DNA of 64,000 nt, from contig JBDRLU010000068.1 of NCBI GenBank assembly GCA_043812795.1, positions 6,208 to 70,207 of the forward strand. The letters run 5' to 3'. Both the position numbers and the translations under genes were made by a program. Position 1 is the stretch's first letter, and every line of letters begins with the position of its first letter. Positions 1-8,847 of the stretch are shown here, in pieces. Source of the DNA: Chloroflexota bacterium. GTDB taxonomy: Bacteria; Chloroflexota; Dehalococcoidia; Dehalococcoidales; UBA2162. The notes below the pieces were generated by a model. It searched no databases and was not told the origin of the DNA. It worked only from the letters and a program-made list of their open reading frames with translations.

Positions 1-248
1 ACCTGTAATAAATCCCCGTCCTTGACCGGCTTCGCCAGCTCGTCCGGGTAAGCCTCCTCGTCGTTGATATAGATACTGACGAAGTCATGCAGGCGGTCTT
101 TTTCGGCAAAGAGGCGCTTCTCAATGGCGGGAAATTCACCGGCCAGATGACGGAGGCATTCCCCGACGGTCTTGCCTTTAACCTCGACGACCTCCCGACC
201 ATTGGTGAATTGGGCTAAGTAAGAAGCAAGCTGTATCTTAACACTCAT
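1..248 (-). CDS. MoaD/ThiS-family ubiquitin-fold protein (C-terminus cut by window edge)
   Basis: Not in the ORF track because it is open at the edge. Hand translation from ATG at 246-248 (minus) gives MSVKIQLASYLAQFTNGREVVEVKGKTVGECLRHLAGEFPAIEKRLFAEKDRLHDFVSIYINDEEAYPDELAKPVKDGDLLQV... The size, the KGKTVGECL segment and the DGD-hydrophobic tail follow the MoaD/ThiS pattern and resemble the GG-terminated ORF at 38314-38586. Confidence 0.55.
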   Translation of the reverse strand, partial: MSVKIQLASYLAQFTNGREVVEVKGKTVGECLRHLAGEFPAIEKRLFAEKDRLHDFVSIYINDEEAYPDELAKPVKDGDLLQ

Positions 249-443
249 GTCCGGAATATATTCTACTTCAGATATTAGCTGGTGGCAAAGGATGACGCCT
301 ACTGTGTGAAGACAGAGCTTATAAACTGGTGTTTAACCATCTGTCCTATGAGAATGTTTTAAGGAGCGACTAGGTCTTTGGCCTATTGTGACAATAGGCC
401 AAAATTAGTATAGTTAGCATATAAAATCATGAGTAGGTAAAAC

Positions 444-1367
444 ATGGCTCAGGTGTATGGAATAATCGGTTCTTTGTCTCAAGTGCTATACGAACTGAAA
501 AGAAATAATATAACCTTTCTAAACTCATTAGACGACATTTTCTCATTTGAAAATGATTTTGAAAACCATTTAGTTAAAATCGGAGAGGAAACGAGTAAAA
601 AAGTATTAGCTCAAAGAGAAGAATTAAGACAGAAAATAGCGGATTTGCATACAGAATATGATTCGGCTATTTCTCATAATATCTTTTTAACGTTATTCAG
701 TGTTTACAGAAGATATAGTTTGCGTAAGATGAAACAAAAATTGGATTATATGGAGAAGTATATTGACACAATTATTGAAGACAGAACTAAATCAGAATCA
801 CAGTTATTTCGCATGGCAAAATTGATCATTGAAGCAAACAAAACAACTCTAATCGGTGCTACCGGTGAGCAAAAGGCACTGAACGAATTAAAGAAGCTCC
901 CTGACTCATTTCACATAATTAATGACTTCAAATACGAATTCTCTCGATGGTTACATATCAGAAGCTCAGATGAGTGGATTCGCTCAATCCAAGCAGACCA
1001 TATTGTAATTGGTCCAACAGGTGTTTTTGTTATTGAAACAAAGAATTGGAATAGCAATTCAATTCAAAATATTGACTTATATTCTCCTGTAGAGCAAATC
1101 AAGAGAACTAATTATGCCCTTTTCCGTTTGTTGAATCGGTCAGTCGAGCATAATTTATTATCTTCTTTCAGCCATCATTGGGGCTCACGAAAAATTTCTG
1201 TAAATAGTATTATTTTGATGGTTAATAAGAAACCAAATCAGGAATTCCAATATGTGAAAATTCTTTCTCTAAATAACTTGTGCGGATACATTACATTTTC
1301 GAAACCAATATTAACAAGTCGCGAAGCCCAAGAAATCGCAGATTTTTTATTGCAAAGGTCTCGTTAA
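444..1367 (+). CDS. NERD (nuclease-related) domain protein with N-terminal coiled-coil region
   Basis: The C-terminal half carries the NERD pattern GATGEQKALNELKKL...HIINDF...ADHIVIGPTGVFVIETKNW. The gene is visibly AT-rich: a hand-counted 60-nt sample at 481-540 has 17 G+C, against 41 G+C at 2461-2520. Confidence 0.7.
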   Translation: MAQVYGIIGSLSQVLYELKRNNITFLNSLDDIFSFENDFENHLVKIGEETSKKVLAQREELRQKIADLHTEYDSAISHNIFLTLFSVYRRYSLRKMKQKLDYMEKYIDTIIEDRTKSESQLFRMAKLIIEANKTTLIGATGEQKALNELKKLPDSFHIINDFKYEFSRWLHIRSSDEWIRSIQADHIVIGPTGVFVIETKNWNSNSIQNIDLYSPVEQIKRTNYALFRLLNRSVEHNLLSSFSHHWGSRKISVNSIILMVNKKPNQEFQYVKILSLNNLCGYITFSKPILTSREAQEIADFLLQRSR

Positions 1368-1479
1368 TTCGATAAAGGGAATTACCTCTCTGTTAAGTTT
1401 ACATCGGGAACATGAAGGTTTTAGAGCCATGTAGGAGGTAGAACCGAATTCGAACATCAAAAAATTAGGCAACTAGAGA

Positions 1480-1830
1480 CTAGCTAAATGACTCCCTCAC
1501 TTCTTTATCTATCCACTCTAGATAGTCGGGGTTTCCGGCAATAACAGGCAGGGCGATTATTTCCGGGACCTGATAGCTGTGGATACCTTTGACCAGGGTG
1601 ATGATTTGCGGCACCAGCGAGGCTTTGGTCTTGACCAGCAGCAGGCTTTCCTGAGCCGTATCGATTTTGTCCTGCCACCAGAAAGAAGAGTCCACTTTGG
1701 GCACGATATTGACGCAGGCCGCCTTGCGTTTTGTTAGCAGGCAATCGGCGATAGCACGGGCTTCTTTCTCCGTGCTGGCCGTGATAAGAACGACTACTGC
1801 CGTATCTTTCTGCGATTTACTTCTCGGCAT
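1480..1830 (-). CDS. cutA: Divalent-cation tolerance protein CutA
   Basis: 116 aa with the CutA1 signature along its full length: VVVLIT...EARAIADCLL..AACVNIVPKVDSSFWWQDKI...ESLLLVKT...HSYQVPEIIALPV..GNPDYLEWI. Confidence 0.85.
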   Translation of the reverse strand: MPRSKSQKDTAVVVLITASTEKEARAIADCLLTKRKAACVNIVPKVDSSFWWQDKIDTAQESLLLVKTKASLVPQIITLVKGIHSYQVPEIIALPVIAGNPDYLEWIDKEVRESFS

Positions 1831-1876
1831 TAGTTACCTTTCCCGAATTGCCTCTCAAAACTGCCTAAAGACCGAT

Positions 1877-1956
1877 TGTCATTCTGAGCGCAGCGAAGAA
1901 TCCGTTTATGGTTGCCGATACGGATTCTTCAGTCGCTTCTCTCCTTCAGAATGACA
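1877..1956. repeat. Inverted pair of TGTCATTC...GAATCC hairpin modules (module 3 of the mosaic intergenic repeat)
   Basis: TGTCATTCTGAGCGCAGCGAAGAATCCG at 1877-1904 faces CGGATTCTTC...TTCAGAATGACA at 1921-1956. The same TGTCATTC/GAATCC ends recur at 30865-30890, 44878-44927 and 44948-44973. Confidence 0.7.
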
Positions 1957-1990
1957 TTCAAAAACCATGACAAGGTCTTGGTCTTCTATT

Positions 1991-2010
1991 AGCTGACGGC
2001 TGACAGCTAT
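1991..2010. repeat. AGCTGAY heptamer array
   Basis: agctgacggctgacagctat has 7-nt periodicity. Related arrays lie at 6979, 23997, 38285, 40879, 40925 and 44983. Confidence 0.6.
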
Positions 2011-2747
2011 TCACTTTCCGCGGCTACCCGGCAGAGCTTTAGTCCGCCCCACACCGCCATTTTATCATCTTTAATGATAAGCACGCCCTGTAAGCCGTCA
2101 ATATCCTGAGCGAATTCAAGGGCGCGTGTCATATCTTCCGGTACTTTCACCAGGTTACCGATGGCCGTAGCGGCGGCGTCGGCCAGAGTGGCGGATGGAG
2201 CCACCACGACCACTGCATCCGCTTTACCAAGACTCAGTGAGTGCCCGACGGCTCCGGAAGAAGTACAGATGCCGAGCGGCGTCTCATCCCCATCGATAGA
2301 CAGACCGATTTTACCGCTGAGCGGTGAATCACCGGCGTAAATACCGACTACCCTGTCTTCCAGGCTTTTCATAAAAATATCGCCACCGTTCTCAACGATT
2401 ATCTGCGGAGAAAAGTCGAGCAACTCGGTGCCGACGAACTCAGCGATGGCCCCGGCCACCGCCGCCATCGGCCCGACGCCTGCTTTGCCAGCCGCCTCAG
2501 CCATCGCCCTGACAATTTGGGGAGCATCATCGCCGACCGTGAAAGGTTCGATGGTAGTACGGAAGAGGGGGTTTTTTTCGATATACTTTTCCAGGGCACT
2601 GCGATACTTGAGCACTAACCTGAGGGCTTTGCTCTTGAGATTACGTGAGGCACGGATAGAGAGATCGGTCTCTTTCACCTGCACGTTGAAAGAGACGAGG
2701 TCGGCTGTTTTAACCCAGTGTCGATAAGTTCTGGGTTGATACATCAA
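2007..2747 (-). CDS. UPF0280 / COG2122 ApbE-like protein (sulfide-dependent homocysteine/Cys-tRNA pathway accessory)
   Basis: 246 aa with GVGPMAAVAGAIAEFVG, IIVENGGDIF and GICTSSGAVGHSLSLGKADAVVV segments typical of UPF0280. It starts directly after the stop of the NIL-ferredoxin gene (0-nt gap). Confidence 0.7.
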   Translation of the reverse strand: MMYQPRTYRHWVKTADLVSFNVQVKETDLSIRASRNLKSKALRLVLKYRSALEKYIEKNPLFRTTIEPFTVGDDAPQIVRAMAEAAGKAGVGPMAAVAGAIAEFVGTELLDFSPQIIVENGGDIFMKSLEDRVVGIYAGDSPLSGKIGLSIDGDETPLGICTSSGAVGHSLSLGKADAVVVVAPSATLADAAATAIGNLVKVPEDMTRALEFAQDIDGLQGVLIIKDDKMAVWGGLKLCRVAAESE

Positions 2748-3158
2748 CTAAAAATGAAGTTCCATCGCTCGCGGCGGACAGGCCTTAATACACAGTTCGC
2801 AGACGGCACACTTTTCATTGTGAAAAGTCACCCGCCGGGTGGCTTTATCAAGCTCAAAAGCGCCGGTGGGACACACGGTAACACAGGCGCCGCAATGAGT
2901 GCACCTGTCCTCGTTACGGATGACGTCATGACCGAGCGATTGTATTCTCACGCCGGTTTCAGTCAGGTACTGGATACCCTTATCGTAATTAGCCGGTTCA
3001 CCGCGCAATTCCAGCACCAGCAGGCCCTCTGCATCGGGGTTCACCGAAGCTTTCAAGATATTGAATTCGAGGTCAAAATCCTTAATCAGCCGGAAAACAA
3101 TCGGCCGGTCAACTACACGCTGGGGAAAATGAAGTACAATCCTTCGCGAAACTACCAT
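2748..3158 (-). CDS. NIL-domain + 2x[4Fe-4S] ferredoxin protein (MA1822-type)
   Basis: The N-terminal NIL-like region (IVFRLIKDFDLEFNILKASV) is followed by CTHCGACVTVCP and CAVCELCIKACP cluster motifs. It lies adjacent to the COG1900 gene. Confidence 0.8.
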   Translation of the reverse strand: MVVSRRIVLHFPQRVVDRPIVFRLIKDFDLEFNILKASVNPDAEGLLVLELRGEPANYDKGIQYLTETGVRIQSLGHDVIRNEDRCTHCGACVTVCPTGAFELDKATRRVTFHNEKCAVCELCIKACPPRAMELHF

Positions 3159-3201
3159 AGAATACCTCCAAATTTGTCGGTCAGGGAAAGGTAACCTTAT
3201 T

Positions 3202-4410
3202 TTATTCGGTTATCGGACGTTCTTTCAGCGGCTTGACGGTTAGCCCTGATTCGACTCCGGGAAGAGGCATTACCGGCTGAGTAAGTAAGAATTTCCCGCT
3301 TTGTATCCAGTCCTTCAAAGTCGCCGCAATTTCCTGCGCCCGCGTGTAGCTCGATAGCGAACCCGTGGGTACTTCTTTCCCCTGAACCGTGATTTTACCC
3401 GTCTTTAACTCGGCATAGCTGACTTCGCCCAGAACATCCGGTTTCATCTGCGGGTAGTCCCGTGAATAATCAACGATGCCGGCGAAAATTTCAGCGTCGG
3501 TCACCGTGGTGTATTTCAGGATTTCTTCGGAGAGGATGGGAATGGGGATACCGATGCCGATGGTCAGTGTGCAGCCGTAGCCGAGCATGCTCGTGCCTAC
3601 CAACCAGCGCGGGCTCATCTGCTTCAGGTCACCGATGACGGCCAGGGTACCGGCCCCTCTCTTGGGCACTCCGTTCTCGCCGCGGAGCGCCGTCGGATTG
3701 TGCTGGGTGCCCTGCCAGGCAACGAAGCCCACGCCGCCACCAAGGAATATCCTGGTACCGATGCCAATGGTTTTGTAGTACGGGTCGTTCATCAAGGGCG
3801 AAAGCTGCCCGGCGGAACTATAATTGGCGTTACCTATCCGCGGCTTCAGCACACCCATGTAAGTGTAAATCGTCTTATCCGACACGTTCACGGCCACGTT
3901 GTAGTTCTGGTAAGCATTCCGCTGGTCGAAAAGCACGGCCTCGTTAAGGTCTTTAATATTAATCCAGGTTTCCAGCTTCCGGCGGGGATAGCAATCGGTG
4001 CCGTAGGCCGTGGCGACGAGCCGGATATCTTTACCGGCTACCAGGTCCTCGATAACATGCCCGCCGCCATAATTAAACTCGCCGGGATGTTGCCGGTTAC
4101 GGGGGTCGTCATCAGGTAAGGCATTAGCCCCCATGATAAAGTCCACTGCGGCCAGCCCGGCATAAGCCAGCACGTCATTAAGATAGACCTTGCCGCCGCC
4201 CAGCTTGATACGCGGGTTGGCATGGCCGATATTCACGTACATGCTCGACGAACACATCGGGCCGAAAGTGCCGGTAGTAACGACATCGACTTCCTGGGCC
4301 GCCTTCTTGAGGCCCTTTTCTTTGACGACGTCGATAATTTCTTCGGCGGTAAAGACGACGGCCTTGCCTTCTTTTATCTTGCTGTTAATTTCTTCGATTG
4401 TTTTCGCCAT
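3202..4410 (-). CDS. COG1900/DUF39 homocysteine biosynthesis protein (MA1821-type)
   Basis: 402 aa. The N-terminus IEEINSKIKEGKAVVFTAEEI...VDVVTTGTFGPMCSS and GGGHVIEDLV are characteristic of DUF39. A GGAG RBS lies 8 nt upstream. Confidence 0.8.
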   Translation of the reverse strand: MAKTIEEINSKIKEGKAVVFTAEEIIDVVKEKGLKKAAQEVDVVTTGTFGPMCSSSMYVNIGHANPRIKLGGGKVYLNDVLAYAGLAAVDFIMGANALPDDDPRNRQHPGEFNYGGGHVIEDLVAGKDIRLVATAYGTDCYPRRKLETWINIKDLNEAVLFDQRNAYQNYNVAVNVSDKTIYTYMGVLKPRIGNANYSSAGQLSPLMNDPYYKTIGIGTRIFLGGGVGFVAWQGTQHNPTALRGENGVPKRGAGTLAVIGDLKQMSPRWLVGTSMLGYGCTLTIGIGIPIPILSEEILKYTTVTDAEIFAGIVDYSRDYPQMKPDVLGEVSYAELKTGKITVQGKEVPTGSLSSYTRAQEIAATLKDWIQSGKFLLTQPVMPLPGVESGLTVKPLKERPITE

Positions 4411-4431
4411 ATTCTAACTCCAGACGTGAAT

Positions 4432-4460
4432 ATAATAGAGAAAAGCCCACGCTATGTCAA
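4432..4460 (-). promoter_or_regulatory. Sigma-70-like promoter for the COG1900 operon
   Basis: The minus strand reads TTGACA-17 nt-TATTAT about 20 nt upstream of the ATG at 4410. Confidence 0.4.
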
Positions 4461-4640
4461 TTTAATGGAGACTATAATAATCGGATTAGTTGATTAGCAT
4501 AGGCCAGAAGAGGGAACTTGTCAAGGATAAGTTCGGGGCGTTGCGGCACGAATTCCTGTGTGGGAGTAGCGGACGATAGACACTTTGAGGTGCTTTTACA
4601 TGTAAAAATAGAGGCATGGTATTAGACTGTACCCCGGTTA

Positions 4641-6629
4641 TTATGTCCTTCCTGTGTCCTCGCCGTTCGTGGTATCAGAATCTAAATCTTCGGCAGTATC
4701 ATAATCTTCTTCCGATGCTTTAAGCGTTTCTTTAAGCTTCTCGGCCTTAGCTTTGTCGACATACCAACGATGGCGTATTTTCACGGCCGGCAGTTTCATC
4801 TTGCGAGCTAACTTTGCCACGATGTCCTGATGAGTGCCAAGAAGAGTCGCTGTCTGAGAGGTGGACATGTACTCTTCCCCCAGGAGAGTCCGCCTGAAGG
4901 TCCGTTCCAGCTGTCCGTGAATATCGAAGAATAACCTCAGCACGAGATAGATAATGATAGCCAGCAGCAATACGGGAATGGCTAAAGCAATAAACCCGAT
5001 GTGAAAAAGGCCGATGATGAATGGGATAAACCACATTCCGGTGAAAATCGCCAGTGAAATCGTAATAGTATCCCGCAGAATGATACGTAGCGTTTTAGCT
5101 CCCCACCTTTTAGCGGATAAACGACGAAGCAGTATATTTTCTACGGCTTCGTCAACGAGGCTTCGGACATTCCGCCATATAATGACAAATGATGGTACGC
5201 ATAAAACTAATAACAAAAAGCTGGACAACAGACCGATGACATCAGCGCGGATACCGCTCAGGAGGGTTAGTTCATCAATATAATTGAGGCCGAATGTCCC
5301 CACGCCGATAATAATCATCACGATGAGAAGATTGACCATGATAGTCTTAATGGAATCCCGGATTACCAGGGATACTGCATTGCTGCGGGTAAAAGTAGTA
5401 CGCAATGCTTGTAGCCAATCTGCCAGACGGGATACCAATATTTTCCACAGTCCGGGCGAACGGCGGTCGAGAAAGCTGGCTACAGAATCTACCGAACGCA
5501 TGATATACGGTGTGGTTAAAGATGTGAGAGCTGTCGTCAGAGCAATCACCGGGTAGAGGGGGGCTGTTATTACCCCGCGGTCGACGCCAACCTTGGTGAT
5601 AACAAGAGAGAACTCTCCCATTTGGGGCATGCTCATCCCTACCTCTAGTGAGGTTCGACCGTCGTGGCCGGAGATGAAGGTCGCTGCGGTGTTACTGATG
5701 ATTTTGCCCAAGATGAACACACTGCTAACGACAACGGCAGGTATGATGAAATCCCTGAATTGAGTAATATCGATAAGCATTCCGATGCCCACAAAAAAGA
5801 GGGCCGCAAACATGTCCCGTACGGAAGCAATCGTATCCAGGATGACTTCGGAGCCCTCGGTATCACCAATCAGGGCGCCCATGAGAAAGGCACCGGCAGC
5901 CGTTGATAATTCCAGATACTTACCCACCAGAGCCATGGCAAAGCATAGTCCCAGACTGGTGATAAGTAGAGCTTCCCTGGAATGAAACCGGTGCGTAAAA
6001 CTGATAATTCTGGGAACAAGTATGGTGCCGAACACCAGCGAGGCTACTATGAAAATAACCAGCCTCAGTACCAGCGAGCCGATATTAGCGAGACTGGCGG
6101 CGCCGGTTGTAGCAATACCTGAAAGTAAGGTGACGATAGCTATGGCAGCAAAGTCCTCGACAACGAGGATGCCCACAATAAATTTGGAAGACTGAAGCTT
6201 CAGTTTCCCCATATCCCTCAGTATCTTCACGATTATGGCTGAGCTGCTTATATGCAGGGCAGTACCCAGGAAGATAGCATCTGTCGGGGACCAACCCATC
6301 AGTCGTCCCAACCCGTAGCCCAGGTAAATCATCGTTGAAATTTCAATTACACCAATTACCAGGACGGATAGGCCGACCTGACGGATTTTGTCCCAGCTAA
6401 ACTCAAGGCCCATCACAAAGAGAAGCAGTACCAGGCCCAGGTCCACGAGCATATTTATGGTGTGTACATCTTCTACCGGAGGAACCGGCAATGTGTGCGG
6501 GCCAATCAGCACTCCCGTAATCAAGTAGCCCAGTATTACCGGCTGACGCAGCCGGCGGAACAAAAGTGTTACCGCGCCGGCCACCACCATGATAATAGCG
6601 AAATCTTTGAGTAGGGTAAGCTCTTCCAT
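4641..6629 (-). CDS. CPA2-family cation:proton antiporter with extra C-terminal TM segments and an excisionase-like HTH tail
   Basis: 662 aa. The N-terminal ~390 aa is a typical Kef/NapA-type polytopic core (LGYLITGVLIGP...). Further hydrophobic segments follow, then STSQTATLLGTHQDIVAKLARKMKLPAVKIRHRWYVDKAKAEKL and an acidic tail. No RCK/TrkA-N motif was seen. Confidence 0.8.
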   Translation of the reverse strand: MEELTLLKDFAIIMVVAGAVTLLFRRLRQPVILGYLITGVLIGPHTLPVPPVEDVHTINMLVDLGLVLLLFVMGLEFSWDKIRQVGLSVLVIGVIEISTMIYLGYGLGRLMGWSPTDAIFLGTALHISSSAIIVKILRDMGKLKLQSSKFIVGILVVEDFAAIAIVTLLSGIATTGAASLANIGSLVLRLVIFIVASLVFGTILVPRIISFTHRFHSREALLITSLGLCFAMALVGKYLELSTAAGAFLMGALIGDTEGSEVILDTIASVRDMFAALFFVGIGMLIDITQFRDFIIPAVVVSSVFILGKIISNTAATFISGHDGRTSLEVGMSMPQMGEFSLVITKVGVDRGVITAPLYPVIALTTALTSLTTPYIMRSVDSVASFLDRRSPGLWKILVSRLADWLQALRTTFTRSNAVSLVIRDSIKTIMVNLLIVMIIIGVGTFGLNYIDELTLLSGIRADVIGLLSSFLLLVLCVPSFVIIWRNVRSLVDEAVENILLRRLSAKRWGAKTLRIILRDTITISLAIFTGMWFIPFIIGLFHIGFIALAIPVLLLAIIIYLVLRLFFDIHGQLERTFRRTLLGEEYMSTSQTATLLGTHQDIVAKLARKMKLPAVKIRHRWYVDKAKAEKLKETLKASEEDYDTAEDLDSDTTNGEDTGRT

Positions 6630-6904
6630 AACCTTTAACTTTTTCTACTAAGAGTCCAGATAAGTTCCCGGTCGGAGAAAAGAGGGACCAGGGAAAGAAT
6701 AACACCCCGCCGTTCTTATCGCTTCCAACCGTCCTTGGTTATCCTGGCCTGGTCTCTATTCGGTCTTGCGTCTTCCCCTTCGGCCCAGATAGTGGTAAGT
6801 ATAGCATAAGGTAGTGACTGAATTCCCCAGCAAACAGAACTACCTTCAGACCAGACCTTTATAAATCTTCTGCCGGTTTGGAGGTACCCACAACCGACGA
6901 GACG

Positions 6905-6940
6905 CCCTCTCCTCGGCAAGAAGAGAGGGATGGGGTGGGG
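6905..6940. repeat. Module-1 hairpin of the mosaic intergenic repeat (reverse orientation)
   Basis: ccctctcctcggcaagaagagagggatggggtgggg is the reverse complement of the CCTCACCCC..CCCTCTCC(loop)GGAGAGGG pattern seen at 30783 and 43823. Confidence 0.55.
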
Positions 6941-6978
6941 TTATTAGGTTTACGCAGTTGAAGAAGACGGCTAGATAA

Positions 6979-6997
6979 GCTATAATCAGCTATCAGC
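6979..6997. repeat. AGCTGAY heptamer array (degenerate)
   Basis: gctataatcagctatcagc lies 30 nt upstream of the aspS start. Confidence 0.45.
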
Positions 6998-7026
6998 ACC
7001 ATTGATATTCCCTGTGGAGATAACTT

Positions 7027-8847
7027 TTGCTTAAAACGCATAGTTGCGGTGAACTGAATAAAACGCACATCGGTAAGACGGTCAAACTGGCTGGCTGGGT
7101 CGACCGGCGCCGCGACCATGGCGGGCTGATTTTCATCGACCTGCGTGACCGAGAAGGAATCGTGCAGGTCGTCTTCGACCCGGCGAAAGCCCGAGAAGCC
7201 CACCAGATGGCCAGTGACGTGCGTAACGAATACGTTATCAGTGTTCAGGGTGAAGTAACGCTGCGTCCGGCGGGAACAGAAAATCCCAAACTGCCCACCG
7301 GTGAGGTTGAGGTTGCCGTCCGTAATACGGAGATACTCAATGCCGCCAAAACACCGCCGTTCTATATCAACGAGGACGCGGACGTTGATGAAAACCTGCG
7401 CCTCAAATACCGCTATCTCGACCTGCGGCGGACACGGATGCAGCAGAACTTAATATTGCGCCACCGCATCATCAGGTTTATGCGTGATTTACTGTCTGAC
7501 CGTGGCTTTATTGAGGTCGAGACACCTATCTTGCTTAAGAGTACGCCGGAGGGTGCCCGCGACTATCTGGTGCCAAGCCGTGTTTATCCGGGCAAGTTTT
7601 ATGCATTACCTCAGTCACCGCAGCAGCTCAAGCAGCTATTGATGGTGGCCGGCTTCGAGAAATACTTCCAGATTGCCCGGTGTTTTCGTGACGAAGATAG
7701 CCGGGCGGACCGCCAGCCCGAATTCACCCAGCTCGACCTGGAAATGAGCTTCGTCGAAGAAGAGGATATCTTGAAGCTGATGGAAGAGCTTTATACGGCC
7801 ATGGTCGAGACCGTGGCCCCTGAAATGCGGGTAACCAAACCGTTCCCCCGCCTGAGGTATGCTGACGCCATGGCCCGTTTCGGTAGCGACAAGCCTGACC
7901 TGCGCTTCGGGCTGGAAATAGCTGACCTGTCTGACATCGCTGCTCAGTCAAATTTCACTGTCTTCAAGTCAGCTATTGAGGCGGGAGGAAAAGTAAAGGG
8001 CATCTGTGCCCCGGACTGCGGCAATTATACCCGCAGCCAGCTCGAGGAACTGAACAAGCTGGTGCAGGGCCTCGGCGCCCACGGTCTGCTGACTATCTCA
8101 CTTGGTACTACCGCCGGTAGCCTGGATAACCTGACCGGCGATATGGTGCGGTCGGTTGCCACCAAGTACCTCACTTTAGACCAGATTAAAGAGATGGCCC
8201 GGCGCTCATCGGCCAAGATGGGCGACCTGCTTCTTATTGTGGCTGATAAGAAGACTATGCTGGTGAATACCGTCCTTGGTGGACTGCGGTGTGAAATGGG
8301 CCGCCGGCTCAAACTGACCGACCCCAAGCAACTCGCTTTTGCTTTCATCATCGATTTCCCCCTGTTCGCCTGGAACGAACAGGAGAAACGCTTCGAGTCG
8401 ATGCACCATCCGTTCACTTCACCATGGGTGGAAGACATCCCGTTACTGGATACGGCGCCGGAGAAAGTACGCGGCCGGCATTACGATTTTGTCTGTAACG
8501 GGATGGAGATTGCCGGCGGCAGTATCCGTATTCACCAGAGCGACCTGCAAAAGAAGGTCTTCCGTATCCTGGGTTATCAAGATGAACAGATTATGGAGCT
8601 TTTCGGCCATTTGCTTGAGGCCTTCGAATATGGTGCTCCACCCCACGGCGGTATTGCCCCTGGCATCGACCGTATCGTTATGATTCTCGCCGGGGAAGAG
8701 ACCATCCGGGAAGTAATTGCCTTCCCCAAAAATCAAAATGCCGTTGACCTGACCTTTAACGCGCCGGCGTCAGTCACCGACCAGCAACTGGCCGAACTGC
8801 ATATCCAGGTGCGCGATGAGAAATTACCAGTACAGGAGAAACAGTGA
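7027..8847 (+). CDS. aspS: Aspartate--tRNA ligase
   Basis: 606 aa with a TTG start. It has the THSCGEL N-terminus, the class II motifs FRDEDSRADRQPEFTQLDLEMSF and GGSIRIH, and GIDRIVM at the C-terminus. Confidence 0.95.
   Translation: MLKTHSCGELNKTHIGKTVKLAGWVDRRRDHGGLIFIDLRDREGIVQVVFDPAKAREAHQMASDVRNEYVISVQGEVTLRPAGTENPKLPTGEVEVAVRNTEILNAAKTPPFYINEDADVDENLRLKYRYLDLRRTRMQQNLILRHRIIRFMRDLLSDRGFIEVETPILLKSTPEGARDYLVPSRVYPGKFYALPQSPQQLKQLLMVAGFEKYFQIARCFRDEDSRADRQPEFTQLDLEMSFVEEEDILKLMEELYTAMVETVAPEMRVTKPFPRLRYADAMARFGSDKPDLRFGLEIADLSDIAAQSNFTVFKSAIEAGGKVKGICAPDCGNYTRSQLEELNKLVQGLGAHGLLTISLGTTAGSLDNLTGDMVRSVATKYLTLDQIKEMARRSSAKMGDLLLIVADKKTMLVNTVLGGLRCEMGRRLKLTDPKQLAFAFIIDFPLFAWNEQEKRFESMHHPFTSPWVEDIPLLDTAPEKVRGRHYDFVCNGMEIAGGSIRIHQSDLQKKVFRILGYQDEQIMELFGHLLEAFEYGAPPHGGIAPGIDRIVMILAGEETIREVIAFPKNQNAVDLTFNAPASVTDQQLAELHIQVRDEKLPVQEKQ

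Noticed and set aside
4594-4607. Perfect 14-bp palindrome TTTTACATGTAAAA just downstream of the antiporter stop.
   Set aside because: It is a single AT-rich palindrome with no loop and no second copy, so a chance occurrence or weak terminator is the more likely explanation. It is not reported as a feature.
4411-4640. SAM riboswitch upstream of the homocysteine-synthesis operon. CTTATCCTTGACAAG...CTTCTGGCC on the minus strand superficially recalls the SAM-I 5' end.
   Set aside because: It does not continue into the conserved GAGGGA/GGCCC/GCAACC elements. The promoter TTGACA-17-TATTAT lies downstream of that segment, so the segment would not be in the leader.
6860-7026. Possible T-box riboswitch upstream of aspS, based on the GGAGGTACCCAC segment resembling the GGUGGUACCGCG T-box core.
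   Set aside because: Only a partial core match. I could not find Stem I features (AG bulge, specifier loop with a GAC/GAU codon, distal loop motifs) or a clean terminator/antiterminator pair. The following hairpin is a copy of the mosaic repeat, module 1.
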